Source of the DNA: Candidatus Latescibacterota bacterium
GTDB lineage: Bacteria; Latescibacterota; UBA2968; UBA8231
Assembly: GCA_965203175.1 (NCBI GenBank)
Contig: OZ241867.1
Span: forward strand, 3,680,001-3,744,000
DNA length: 64,000 bases
Direction of reading: 5' to 3'
Shown: positions 26,868 to 35,274 of the stretch, in pieces
How the letters are laid out: the number at the start of each line of letters is the position of its first letter
Position numbering within the stretch: position 1 is the stretch's first letter
Program-made: the position numbers and the translations under genes
The notes under the pieces: generated by a model
What the model was told of the DNA's origin: nothing
Databases searched by the model: none
What the model saw: the letters and a program-made list of their open reading frames with translations, nothing else

Positions 26868-27449
26868 CTATTGAGTAGATGCCTGTCTTCGTTGCAGGTC
26901 GCTCAGTTCAGCAAAGGCACCTTCTGTATCTAGGTGTGTGAGCCAGAAAGTTTGCAGTGCCTCAGTTGAGGCGCTGAGGATGATATCGTCTTTGCCAAGC
27001 ACTTCATGGCGAATTGCGTTGGGATTCTTCGCAAGCAGCTCTTGCAACCAGTCTGAATCAGGAAAACTTATCTGTAATGTTGGCTCAATTTGCTTGACGT
27101 ATGCAAAGGAATGGACGGGCAGGACGTGAAGTTGGTAGAAAACACCTTCCTGCCGATCTAATTCTGTGGGGAAAAAATCCAAAAACTTTTTCCCTTTGAT
27201 GTCCAAAAGGTGAACCGCAAGGATGCTCTGTTCGCCGTCCTCCTCGTAAACGACGCACTTATACTGTTGCTCACCCTGTTGCGAGAATTCCCATATCTCT
27301 TTTGAGTTTTCCTCTGCCCACTGGCCAATAAGGCGTGCATCAAAGATCACATTTTCATCGGTATATAGTGGGTGCAGAGACCGGACTATACATCCAGATA
27401 GCAAGAGCAAAATCCCGAACGGGAAGACCAATAGCTTTAAACGCTGCAT
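26868..27449 (-). CDS. Hypothetical lipoprotein (lower GC)
   Basis: Lipobox LLLSGC followed by IVRSLHPLY. GAAAGGAGG RBS. Visibly more AT-rich than its neighbours. Confidence 0.75.
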   Translation of the reverse strand: MQRLKLLVFPFGILLLLSGCIVRSLHPLYTDENVIFDARLIGQWAEENSKEIWEFSQQGEQQYKCVVYEEDGEQSILAVHLLDIKGKKFLDFFPTELDRQEGVFYQLHVLPVHSFAYVKQIEPTLQISFPDSDWLQELLAKNPNAIRHEVLGKDDIILSASTEALQTFWLTHLDTEGAFAELSDLQRRQASTQ

Positions 27450-27514
27450 GATTCATCCTCCTTTCGGTCGTTTGCTTGTCTAACCCCCAAGCCCGCGAGT
27501 TTTGTCACTGTGCG

Positions 27515-29068
27515 TCAGTCGTTCTTCTTGCCGCGGTGATCTCTTTGCAAAAAGGCGTTGGCCCAGGCGCTAGTGCCCTGTAGTGCCGCGTCCTTGATGA
27601 CGGCTGCATCGCCGAGCATTTGCTCCTCTTCGCCGTAGGCCTTGAGGCGGTCGTACGCGCGCGCCCAGATGCAGTCTTTGTCGCCGATTTCGCACTTGCC
27701 TTGGCGCGTGCCGCCGCAGGGGCCGTTGCGCTGGTTTTTGACGCACTGCGATTCCGGGCACAAGTAGGCGATGTCCGGCAGCGAGCAATCGCCGCAGTCG
27801 CGGCAGTCAAAAGCGGCGATTTTGAGCGCGTGCTCTGCGGTGTGCAGGGGCTTTTGCAGTTTCCCGCCCTCGACTTTGCGCGCCAGGGCCGCTCCGAGGC
27901 GAAATAGAGCTTTGCCCGGCTCAAAGACGCGGTCGTGGACCTGGCGATTGATTCGGTACGTTAGGGGAGCGCGGCGACGGCCACTAGGCGTCTTTGAGTC
28001 GAGATAGGCTTGGTTGACTTGGGTGGAGGCCAAGCCGGTGTTCGGGTCTTCTTCGAAATAGAAGAATTCGCCGGGGCGCGAGTAGCGGATCTGGCGGGCG
28101 AAATCGCGCCAATCATCTGCAGCGTACTCGGCGGCTAGTTCCAAAATGCGGCCGTATTCTTCCGCCCCGATGTGCCCTCCCAAGTACACGCCGCGGTAGC
28201 CTAGGCCTCGGGCAATGGCGCATTGCTGGGCGGCGAATTCGAGGAAGAAGGCCCTGCCCTTATCGGGAGAAGCGGCTTGCTTTTGCGCGACGGCGAGCAA
28301 TTCGTCGGTGACTTCGACGCCGGGGATGCGGCCAGCGTGAAAGAAGCGGGCCACGCCTCCGGACAAGACGAAGACGTTGGCGATGACTGGAACTTGGAGG
28401 CCGTGCAGAGCCATGTACTTGAGCAGTTCGTCCTGCTTGCGGGCGTCGTAGCCGATTTGGTTGATGATGAAGCGAGCGCCGGTGCGGATCTTTTTGGCCA
28501 GCTTGAAATACTGTGGCATGACCTCGGCTTCGAGCCGCTTGTGGTTGTTGACTACGGCGCCGAGAAAAAAGCGGGTGGGTTTTAACGGACGTGGTTTGCG
28601 GCCCGGCGAGGCGTCTTCGAAGCGCCCCTCGTTCATGTCGGAGAGCAATTGCAACAAGCCGACTGAATCAATGTCGAACACGCCGCCGGCCTGGCCTTGG
28701 TACCCGGCTATGGGGTAATCGCCCGACAAAGTGAGAATGTTATTGAAACCCCCATCGGCTAGCTTCCAAGCTTGGCCCATCAACCCGTTGCGGTTGAAGT
28801 CTTTGCAGGACAGGTGGATGATGACTTCTTGGCCGCTTTCTTTGAGCGGAGTTCCCAGCGCGTCCGCGGTAATCATGGGATTGCCGCCGGGGTTGTCGGT
28901 AATCGAGAGGGCGTCAAAGCGCGGGTCGGCGGCTAGGGCCTGGGCCATCTCTAGCACCCGCTTGCCGCCGCGGTCGGCTAGGGTGCCCCGGGACGTGACC
29001 AGCTCGACGCAGGTGATAAAGCGGTCGGTCTCTTCTAGCAGATGGCGCAGGGTGGCAGTTTGCTGCAT
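27515..29068 (-). CDS. Methylenetetrahydrofolate reductase with fused C-terminal MetV-like Cys-rich domain
   Basis: SITDNPGG, HLSCKDFNR, LTLSGDYP, DIDSVGLL, KKIRTGARFIINQ; C-terminal CRDCGDC...CPESQCVKNQRNGPCGG...CE...CIW. Confidence 0.9.
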   Translation of the reverse strand: MQQTATLRHLLEETDRFITCVELVTSRGTLADRGGKRVLEMAQALAADPRFDALSITDNPGGNPMITADALGTPLKESGQEVIIHLSCKDFNRNGLMGQAWKLADGGFNNILTLSGDYPIAGYQGQAGGVFDIDSVGLLQLLSDMNEGRFEDASPGRKPRPLKPTRFFLGAVVNNHKRLEAEVMPQYFKLAKKIRTGARFIINQIGYDARKQDELLKYMALHGLQVPVIANVFVLSGGVARFFHAGRIPGVEVTDELLAVAQKQAASPDKGRAFFLEFAAQQCAIARGLGYRGVYLGGHIGAEEYGRILELAAEYAADDWRDFARQIRYSRPGEFFYFEEDPNTGLASTQVNQAYLDSKTPSGRRRAPLTYRINRQVHDRVFEPGKALFRLGAALARKVEGGKLQKPLHTAEHALKIAAFDCRDCGDCSLPDIAYLCPESQCVKNQRNGPCGGTRQGKCEIGDKDCIWARAYDRLKAYGEEEQMLGDAAVIKDAALQGTSAWANAFLQRDHRGKKND

Positions 29069-29075
29069 GGCCTGA

Positions 29076-30968
29076 TCAGACGGAGGCCGCGGTCAGTTTG
29101 CGGGGCATGGGTTTGAATTGGCAGCCCTCGACGAAGAGCTCAAAAAAGTCGGGGGTCGTCTCCAGTTCGACGTGCTCAATGCGCTTGGCCAGCGCTTCGA
29201 TGTGGGCGCGTTTGCGGGCGGAGAGAAGCACTTCGCGCGCACCTTGAGCGGCGGCATTGCCCACCTTGGCGATGCGCGCTGTGGGCACCGGGGCCAAAAA
29301 GCCGATGTCGATGGCGGCTTGGACATCAACGTAATTGGCAAAGCCGCCGGCGAGGTAGAGCTGTTGCACGTCGCCGGGATTCAGGCCCAAGGTCCGCAAG
29401 ACGATGTACTGACCGCAGAAATTGGCGGCTTTGGCTTGGGCGAGGTTTGAAGCGTCGAGGCGCGAGAAGGTGATGCCGCGCTCGGGGACTAGCTCAAACT
29501 GGCGCTTTTTGTCGGCGAAGACGCCTTTGGGAGTCATTAAGTCGTGGCGGCTCAACTCGGCGAGGAGGTCGATTAGCCCGGAGCCGCACAGTCCCGCCGG
29601 CGCGGTGTCGCCGATGGTCTCCCACTGCCAGTGCGCGCCGTCCCAGCGGATGGATTCAATGGCTCCATCGCAGCCGGGCATCCCATAGGTGATGCCTCCG
29701 CCTTCAAAGGCCGGGCCGGCCGGGCAAGAGGCCGCGACGAGACGGCCTTGGTGGGCGACGACGACTTCGGTGTTGGTGCCCACATCGACCAGCATCGCGC
29801 TCTCGCTGGCAAGGTCCATATCGACGGCGACTAAGTCGGCGGCCACATCCGCGCCGACGTGGCTGGCAATCAGCGGCAGCGAGTACGCGCGCGCTTTGGG
29901 ATTGGCCTTCAGGCCGAGGCGGCGGGTCTTTTCAACTAGGCTGGTCGCGGTTCGTTCGCCGCTTAGGTATTCGTGCTCAATGCGCGATTTGTAGGGCTTT
30001 TGGCCGATGCTCTGCACGTCGAGGCGGAAGAGGATGTCGCGCATCGTCGAGTTGCCAGCGACCGCGATCTCGTAAATTTCCTGCCGCACAAAGCCGCCGC
30101 GCCGGCAGAGGTCTGCGATCTCGTGGTTGAGCGCCTTGACCAGGGCTTGACGCAGCTCGCCGGGGTGTTGCCCGTCGTAGGAAATGCGGTGCATGATGTC
30201 GCTGCCGCCAAAGCGCTGCGGGTTTTCAAATGCGCTCAAATGCACGCTCTGGCCCGTCTCCAGATCGACTAAGTCGAGGACAATAGTCGTGGTGCCCAAG
30301 TCGATGGCTAGGCCGTAGAGGTGGCCGCGGTATTGATCGATTTCCTCGTCGCCGTAGTAGATGGCTTGCCCGCGCCGCTGGACTACTGGGTCGATCTCAG
30401 CGGGGCGATCTACGGTTTGGGTCAGTATGCGGGGCGTGCGGAAAAGCGGTGCAAACTCGATATCGACATCGGCGTCTTCGACTTTGGCTTGGCAGGCGAG
30501 CCGGAACTCACCGCCGAGGAAGTCCTCGGCCGGTGTGGGCGCGTTGAGGGCTTGCGCGCCGCTCGTGACTTCGACGATGCACTCGTGGCAGTGGCCAGTG
30601 CGCCCACAGGAAGTGGGCACGCGGGCGCCGAGTTGATCCGCGTAGTCGAAGAGAGTGCCGTCGGCAGACAGCGGGTAGGAGGTGCCGTCGCAGCGGATTT
30701 GCCCGCGGCCGGGTGTGGCCGGGCGTTGGTCCGTCTCCCAGGCCGAGCGGTAGTCGAGTTGGTCGTCGCTGCCGCACTGGAACAGCCCGCCCGGCTCTTT
30801 TGGCTTGCGCTGGTTGCGGCAGCCGAAGTGAGCGGTGCATTGGTCGAAGCGGTTCTTGTACGGGCAGCGGAAGGTCGCCTGCACGTCGGCATGGGTGGCA
30901 ATGCCCGCGAGAATGCCCGACAGGCGGTCGAGGCTCTTTTGGTACTCTTGGGGGTCGATTTGGGTCAT
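29076..30968 (-). CDS. RACo/RamA-type ASKHA ATPase corrinoid reductive activase (DUF4445) with [2Fe-2S] domain
   Basis: CGRTGHCHEC...RLACQA ferredoxin domain; AIDLGTTT, NPQRFGGSDI, GNSTM, DVGTNTE, AGPAFEG, GLCGSG, AGGF, GNAA. Confidence 0.92.
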   Translation of the reverse strand: MTQIDPQEYQKSLDRLSGILAGIATHADVQATFRCPYKNRFDQCTAHFGCRNQRKPKEPGGLFQCGSDDQLDYRSAWETDQRPATPGRGQIRCDGTSYPLSADGTLFDYADQLGARVPTSCGRTGHCHECIVEVTSGAQALNAPTPAEDFLGGEFRLACQAKVEDADVDIEFAPLFRTPRILTQTVDRPAEIDPVVQRRGQAIYYGDEEIDQYRGHLYGLAIDLGTTTIVLDLVDLETGQSVHLSAFENPQRFGGSDIMHRISYDGQHPGELRQALVKALNHEIADLCRRGGFVRQEIYEIAVAGNSTMRDILFRLDVQSIGQKPYKSRIEHEYLSGERTATSLVEKTRRLGLKANPKARAYSLPLIASHVGADVAADLVAVDMDLASESAMLVDVGTNTEVVVAHQGRLVAASCPAGPAFEGGGITYGMPGCDGAIESIRWDGAHWQWETIGDTAPAGLCGSGLIDLLAELSRHDLMTPKGVFADKKRQFELVPERGITFSRLDASNLAQAKAANFCGQYIVLRTLGLNPGDVQQLYLAGGFANYVDVQAAIDIGFLAPVPTARIAKVGNAAAQGAREVLLSARKRAHIEALAKRIEHVELETTPDFFELFVEGCQFKPMPRKLTAASV

Positions 30969-30981
30969 TGGAGTTTAGGCG

Positions 30982-31737
30982 CTACTCGTCCTCAATTTCG
31001 TTCAGCAAGTCCTTGGCCAAGGACACGCAGGCGAGGGCGTCCTTGCCGTAGCCGTCGGCACCCATGTCGTCGGCAAATTCTTGGGTTACGGGCGCGCCGC
31101 CGACCATGATTTTGACGTCGTCGCGCAAGTCGGCGTCGATGAAGGCCTCGATGGTCTTGCCCATGTTGGGCATGGTGGTGGTCAACAGGGCCGACATGCC
31201 CAAGAGCGGAGCTTCGTGCTCTTCGACGGCATCGATGAAATCGTCTTCGGAGGTATCTACGCCGAGGTCGTGGACGACGAAACCGGCCCCGCGCAGCATC
31301 ATAATGCACAAGTTTTTGCCGATGTCGTGGAGATCGCCCTTGACCGTGCCCATGATCACAATGCCGATGGGTTCGACGCCCGAGGCCGAGAGAATGGGCT
31401 CGATGTGGGTCATGCCGGCCTTCATGGCGCGGGCGCAGGCGAGCACTTCGGGGACGAAGATGAAGTTTTCGCGGAATTTGATGCCGACGATGGCCATGCC
31501 GGCGATCAGTCCGTCGTCCATGACTTCGAGGGCCTCCACGCCGCCGGCAATGGCTTGGCCGGTCAGTTCATCGACCGTTAGGTGGTCGCCGTCGATGAGG
31601 GCCGCGGCGATGTTCTGCATCTGCTCGCTGGCTTGGGCGAAGATGCCGATGATGCGCTCGCGCTCTTCGTCGCGCTCGATGAATTCTTCGATCTCATCGC
31701 GGATAAATTCGTTGGCGATATCGGTAATGTCTGCCAT
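30982..31737 (-). CDS. Corrinoid (B12-binding) methyltransferase protein (MtaC/MtbC-like)
   Basis: Cap domain GLIAGMAIVG..F...FVPEV; GTVKGDLHDIGKN (DxHxxG), SALLTTT, MVGGAP, GADGY. Acidic N-terminal extension. Confidence 0.95.
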   Translation of the reverse strand: MADITDIANEFIRDEIEEFIERDEERERIIGIFAQASEQMQNIAAALIDGDHLTVDELTGQAIAGGVEALEVMDDGLIAGMAIVGIKFRENFIFVPEVLACARAMKAGMTHIEPILSASGVEPIGIVIMGTVKGDLHDIGKNLCIMMLRGAGFVVHDLGVDTSEDDFIDAVEEHEAPLLGMSALLTTTMPNMGKTIEAFIDADLRDDVKIMVGGAPVTQEFADDMGADGYGKDALACVSLAKDLLNEIEDE

Positions 31738-31750
31738 AGGATCTCTTCTT

Positions 31751-32785
31751 TTAGTTGCGCGCTTGGTCGCGGTGCCACTCTTGTACCGTGCGGGGAATGG
31801 CCTTGAGGTTTTCGATGGAAGTCTGCAAGGGGATGGCGCACTCTGGGCCGATGAGCTGGACGCCGGCTTCGAGGTTGCGCAGGACTTCGGCACCGACGAC
31901 TTCTGGCCCTTTAGAAAAAAGGGTTTCGGGGTTGTTGATGTTGCCTACTAATGAGATGCGGTCGCGCACGATTTGGGTGGATTCTTCGGGCGTGTTCTTG
32001 GAATCGAAGTGGAAGGCCGCCATGCCGGTTTGGGCGATGTACTCCATGCGGTCAACCGTGCGGCCGCAGATGTGGAGGATGATGGGCACCGAAAGCCGCT
32101 CGGCAAACTCGATGTGCAGGTCGCGCAGGTAGCGCTCGTAGTACTCGCCGCTGACGAGGTCGCCAGTGGCGTGGTCGGGCAGGGTCAAGGCATCGGCACC
32201 GGCCTCGATCTGCGCTTGCCCGAACTCAATGGTGATCTCCTTCATGCGGTCGAGGCAGAGCTTGGTCTTGCCGGGATCGTCGAGCGACAGCAGCAGAAAA
32301 GGCTCGACCCCAAAGCAGTGGTAGCCCAGCGACCAAGGCCCCATGGTCTTGCCGACGATGGCAACTTCGTCGCCGTATTCCCTGCGCAGAATCTTGATCG
32401 CCTCAGTGACGCAGGCCGTGTCGGGATGGGTGCAGAGGTCGGCGGGGATTTTGATGTCGTCTGGCTCGTGCCAGATTGGCTCGCTCATGCGGACGGTCGG
32501 CCAGTTGTCCTTTTGCTCCCACTGGATTTTGCACCCGAGGGCCGAGGACTCTTGGATGATGGTGAAGACCGGCATGATGGTGTCAAAGCCCAACTCGGTG
32601 TAGCCAGTGGCGGCTAGCCGCGCCATGAGCTCGGGCTCGCGATTGGCCGCGGGGAAGGGGGCATCGACGAGGTCCATCAATTCGACGGTGGCCACCGAGG
32701 TCGGGTTGCAGAGCGGGGTGCGGTCCACGGGCTGGCGGGCGAGGGCGGCGAGGACGCGCTCGCGGCTGGTCATCGAAGAGGTCAT
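31751..32785 (-). CDS. MtaA/CmuA family (URO-D fold) corrinoid-dependent methyltransferase
   Basis: MTSRERVLAAL...VDRTP, FPAANREPELMARLA, GPWSL, QIEAGAD, ILHICG (HxC), GNIN, IGPECAIP (third Zn ligand), ENLKA. Confidence 0.9.
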   Translation of the reverse strand: MTSSMTSRERVLAALARQPVDRTPLCNPTSVATVELMDLVDAPFPAANREPELMARLAATGYTELGFDTIMPVFTIIQESSALGCKIQWEQKDNWPTVRMSEPIWHEPDDIKIPADLCTHPDTACVTEAIKILRREYGDEVAIVGKTMGPWSLGYHCFGVEPFLLLSLDDPGKTKLCLDRMKEITIEFGQAQIEAGADALTLPDHATGDLVSGEYYERYLRDLHIEFAERLSVPIILHICGRTVDRMEYIAQTGMAAFHFDSKNTPEESTQIVRDRISLVGNINNPETLFSKGPEVVGAEVLRNLEAGVQLIGPECAIPLQTSIENLKAIPRTVQEWHRDQARN

Positions 32786-32796
32786 GGTAGACTCCT

Positions 32797-33438
32797 TTAT
32801 TCCTGGGAGCTAGGGGCTGAGAGCACGCCGCGGCTGGCCATGGATTCGGCCTCGCGCATGGCGGCGCGCACGTTGGGGGCGCGGACGAGCAACAGGCCGA
32901 TTAGAGCATCGTGGGAGTGGCCGCAGCCGAAGCGAGCTTGGTTGGGTTGGTCGGCGACTTCTTCCATCTCACCGAGGCGGATCAGGCCGCGGGCGATGGT
33001 GGCGACGCGGCGTTCCACGCCTCGGACCTGTTCGGTGGCGCGGGCTTCGTACAGGCCTTGTCCGAGGCTAGCGACGGCGATAGTGGCGTTGGCCTTTTTG
33101 TCGAAGATGTGCAGTGGCCGCGGCTCTATGGGTTGCCCCGGCGGCAGCTTGCAAGCCTCTAGGAAGAGCCGCTTGACTGCGAGCAGATGGGCGTGGCCGC
33201 AGGAAAAGCTGAGCAGGCCATCGCTGGTTTGTTCCATGCCTCCGAGTACCTGCATGGCGCGGGCGACTCCGGCGATGCGCTCGGCCGCCCCGGGGAGACG
33301 GCTGTAGGTGTGGACTTGGTAGCAGGGAGAGTCAGAGTCGTCCGGGGAGTAGAGCGCAATGGAAATGTCGTCGAAGTGGGGATCCATGGAGACCAATTCG
33401 ACGCGCGAGCCAAGGTCTAAAGTTTGTGCCATCTGCAT
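32797..33438 (-). CDS. Hypothetical protein with two tandem domains, each ending in F-x-C-G-H-x-H
   Basis: First gene of the operon, GAGGA RBS. Internal repeat ending FSCGHAH and FGCGHSH. Confidence 0.8.
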   Translation of the reverse strand: MQMAQTLDLGSRVELVSMDPHFDDISIALYSPDDSDSPCYQVHTYSRLPGAAERIAGVARAMQVLGGMEQTSDGLLSFSCGHAHLLAVKRLFLEACKLPPGQPIEPRPLHIFDKKANATIAVASLGQGLYEARATEQVRGVERRVATIARGLIRLGEMEEVADQPNQARFGCGHSHDALIGLLLVRAPNVRAAMREAESMASRGVLSAPSSQE

Positions 33439-33477
33439 TTCCTCTTGACAGCAAAGCGCTAAGTTGATTTGTTAGAC

Positions 33478-33506
33478 AAAATAGCTAATGGTCAGACCAT
33501 CGGCAA
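33478..33506 (-). promoter_or_regulatory. Promoter of the methyl-transfer operon with a FadR/GntR-type operator in its spacer
   Basis: Minus strand reads TTGCCG-N17-TATTTT. The spacer holds the palindrome ATGGTCAGACCAT (33488-33500), matching the TGGT-N3-ACCA FadR-subfamily box. Confidence 0.75.
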
Positions 33507-33527
33507 ATCTTTTTTCGCTATCCGCTA

Positions 33528-34286
33528 TTGAATACCTTGGCTCACTCTACTAAGAAAGCCGCAGCCGCGGCCATGCGCCCGGTGCAGCGCACATCTGTAA
33601 GCGACGAGATTATCGCGCAGATAACCGATTTAATCGAGCGCAACGTCCTCAAGCCCGGCGACAGGCTGCCGCCGGAGCGGGAGTTGTGCAAGCGCTTTCA
33701 GGTTGGGCGCTCCTCGCTGCGCGAAGCTCTGCGCTCGTTGTCCATGATGGGCTTGCTCGACGGTCGCGTGGGCGAGGGCACCTTTGTCTGCGACAAGGGC
33801 CAATACGTGGAGCGGGCGTTGCAATGGGGGTTTTTGCTCGACGGCAAGAAGCTCCAAGACCTGAGCGAGACGCGGATGATGCTCGAGTCGCAAAACGCCT
33901 ATTTGGCGGCTGAGCGGGCCACCGCCGAGGATTTGGCGGCCATTGCCGATGCGCTGGCCGGCATGGCCAGGGGGCTGGCCGACGCGGGGCGCTTTCTCGC
34001 CAGCGATTTGCAGTTCCACCTACTTATCGCCCGGGCCACGCACAATTCCATTCTCTACAGCTTGCTTGAAACGACTCGTAACTATCTGCAAGAATGGATC
34101 AAAGAAAGCTTGGCGGAGCCGTCGCTGGCTGGCCCTCGGGCCGAACTCTCGCTAGCGGAACACCGCCAGATCTTGGAGGCACTGCAGCGGCGGGATGCAG
34201 AGGCCGCGCGGCAAGCGATGGCGGCGCACATCCGCTCCAGCAGCGGGGATTTGCAGCGGATTAGCCGTCGATCAGGGTCCGGTTGA
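33528..34286 (+). CDS. FadR-subfamily GntR transcriptional regulator
   Basis: LKPGDRLPPERELC..F.VGRSSLREAL...GEGTFV wHTH; FCD domain (D..FH, N, EHRQIL, M.AH). Confidence 0.93.
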   Translation: MNTLAHSTKKAAAAAMRPVQRTSVSDEIIAQITDLIERNVLKPGDRLPPERELCKRFQVGRSSLREALRSLSMMGLLDGRVGEGTFVCDKGQYVERALQWGFLLDGKKLQDLSETRMMLESQNAYLAAERATAEDLAAIADALAGMARGLADAGRFLASDLQFHLLIARATHNSILYSLLETTRNYLQEWIKESLAEPSLAGPRAELSLAEHRQILEALQRRDAEAARQAMAAHIRSSSGDLQRISRRSGSG

Positions 34287-35265
34287 CGAATTCAGTGACT
34301 TCCTCGATTCGCCCCAATCCCGTTAAAATCAGGCTCTGGGCAATGCGCCGCGAGAGCCCGACGATGCGTTCGTCGTCGAGTGCGGCGGGCTGGCGGCCGT
34401 CGGTCGCGCTCAACAGCAGGCAGCCGAGGTCGCGCACGGCTTGGTGTTTGACTTCCTCGGCTTTCTTGTAGCTCGCGCTCTGAAAATAGCTATTCCAGAA
34501 TACATTGACGGCTTCTAAATAAGCGGCTTTTTGGGCGGTATTTTGCATGGCCTTGATGCACATATCGGCCGTGTAGAAGGCGAGGTCAAAAGTGGGGTAG
34601 CCGTAGTGGGCGGTGGCAAAATCGACCCAGTAGGGGTGGCCGTCGACGACCCATACATTGCGGGGCCGCAGGTCGCCCAAGACGAGGCAAATCCCCTCGT
34701 TGAGCAGGAGATTGGTGTGGACGGCAATGGCCTTTTTGAGGTCGGGATAGGCGTTGGCGATGTAGTTGTAGTGCGGGTCAATGCGCAGTTGCTCAAAAGC
34801 CTTAGTGGATGCAAACTCATCGGCGACCTCAGACGAGCCGGCGGTCTCGTTGTGGACAGTGGCCAGCAACTCGCCGCACTGGACGGCGATTTGCAGATCG
34901 ATGCGGCCGTTGACCAAGTCGCCCTCCCACGATAGGGCGTTGTGCGGTGGTGGGGTCGTCACGAGAATGAAGTCCGTGCGGTCTTCGAGCAAGACTTCCG
35001 GCAAGATCTCGGGAGCGAGGAGATGCCCCAAGCGTTCGATACAGCTTTTCTCGGCGAAGATGCGCCGCCGATCGATCCACCAGCGCTCCTTGATTTGGAC
35101 GCGCGAGTGCGCCTGCTTGACGATCCAAGTCTGGTTGGACGACGCCACGTAGTACACCCGATTTTTCATCCCGTCGCTCAAGGTCTGGACGCGGATCGGA
35201 CCTCCGTTGGCGAGCAGTTTCTTGCGTTTCAGATATTTGGGTATGGCCTTTTTATCTAGGTTCAT
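34261..35265 (-). CDS. Aminoglycoside phosphotransferase/5-methylthioribose kinase-like protein
   Basis: LSDGMKNRV, IVKQA, FEQLRIDP, LGDLRPRNV, VDF, GYPTFDL. Confidence 0.75.
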   Translation of the reverse strand: MNLDKKAIPKYLKRKKLLANGGPIRVQTLSDGMKNRVYYVASSNQTWIVKQAHSRVQIKERWWIDRRRIFAEKSCIERLGHLLAPEILPEVLLEDRTDFILVTTPPPHNALSWEGDLVNGRIDLQIAVQCGELLATVHNETAGSSEVADEFASTKAFEQLRIDPHYNYIANAYPDLKKAIAVHTNLLLNEGICLVLGDLRPRNVWVVDGHPYWVDFATAHYGYPTFDLAFYTADMCIKAMQNTAQKAAYLEAVNVFWNSYFQSASYKKAEEVKHQAVRDLGCLLLSATDGRQPAALDDERIVGLSRRIAQSLILTGLGRIEEVTEFVNRTLIDG

Positions 35266-35274
35266 CGGCTTCTC

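Noticed and set aside
25626-27514. Integron cassettes explaining the inserted lipoprotein genes
   Set aside because: I found no attC-like RYYYAAC...GTTRRRY inverted structures and no integrase.
31064-31951. 295-aa plus-strand ORF antisense to the corrinoid protein (and similar antisense ORFs across the window)
   Set aside because: Ser/Met/Pro-rich mirror of a conserved gene's codons, with no motifs or RBS.
23426-33438. Pyrrolysine or TAG read-through in the methyltransferase cluster, given frequent CTAG
   Set aside because: All genes are full length in the standard code, TAG is used as a normal stop, and there is no MttB/MtmB/MtbB or pyl gene.
33439-33527. Cobalamin or SAM riboswitch ahead of the operon
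   Set aside because: The intergenic region is only 89 bp, is taken up by the promoter and operator, and lacks the riboswitch consensus.
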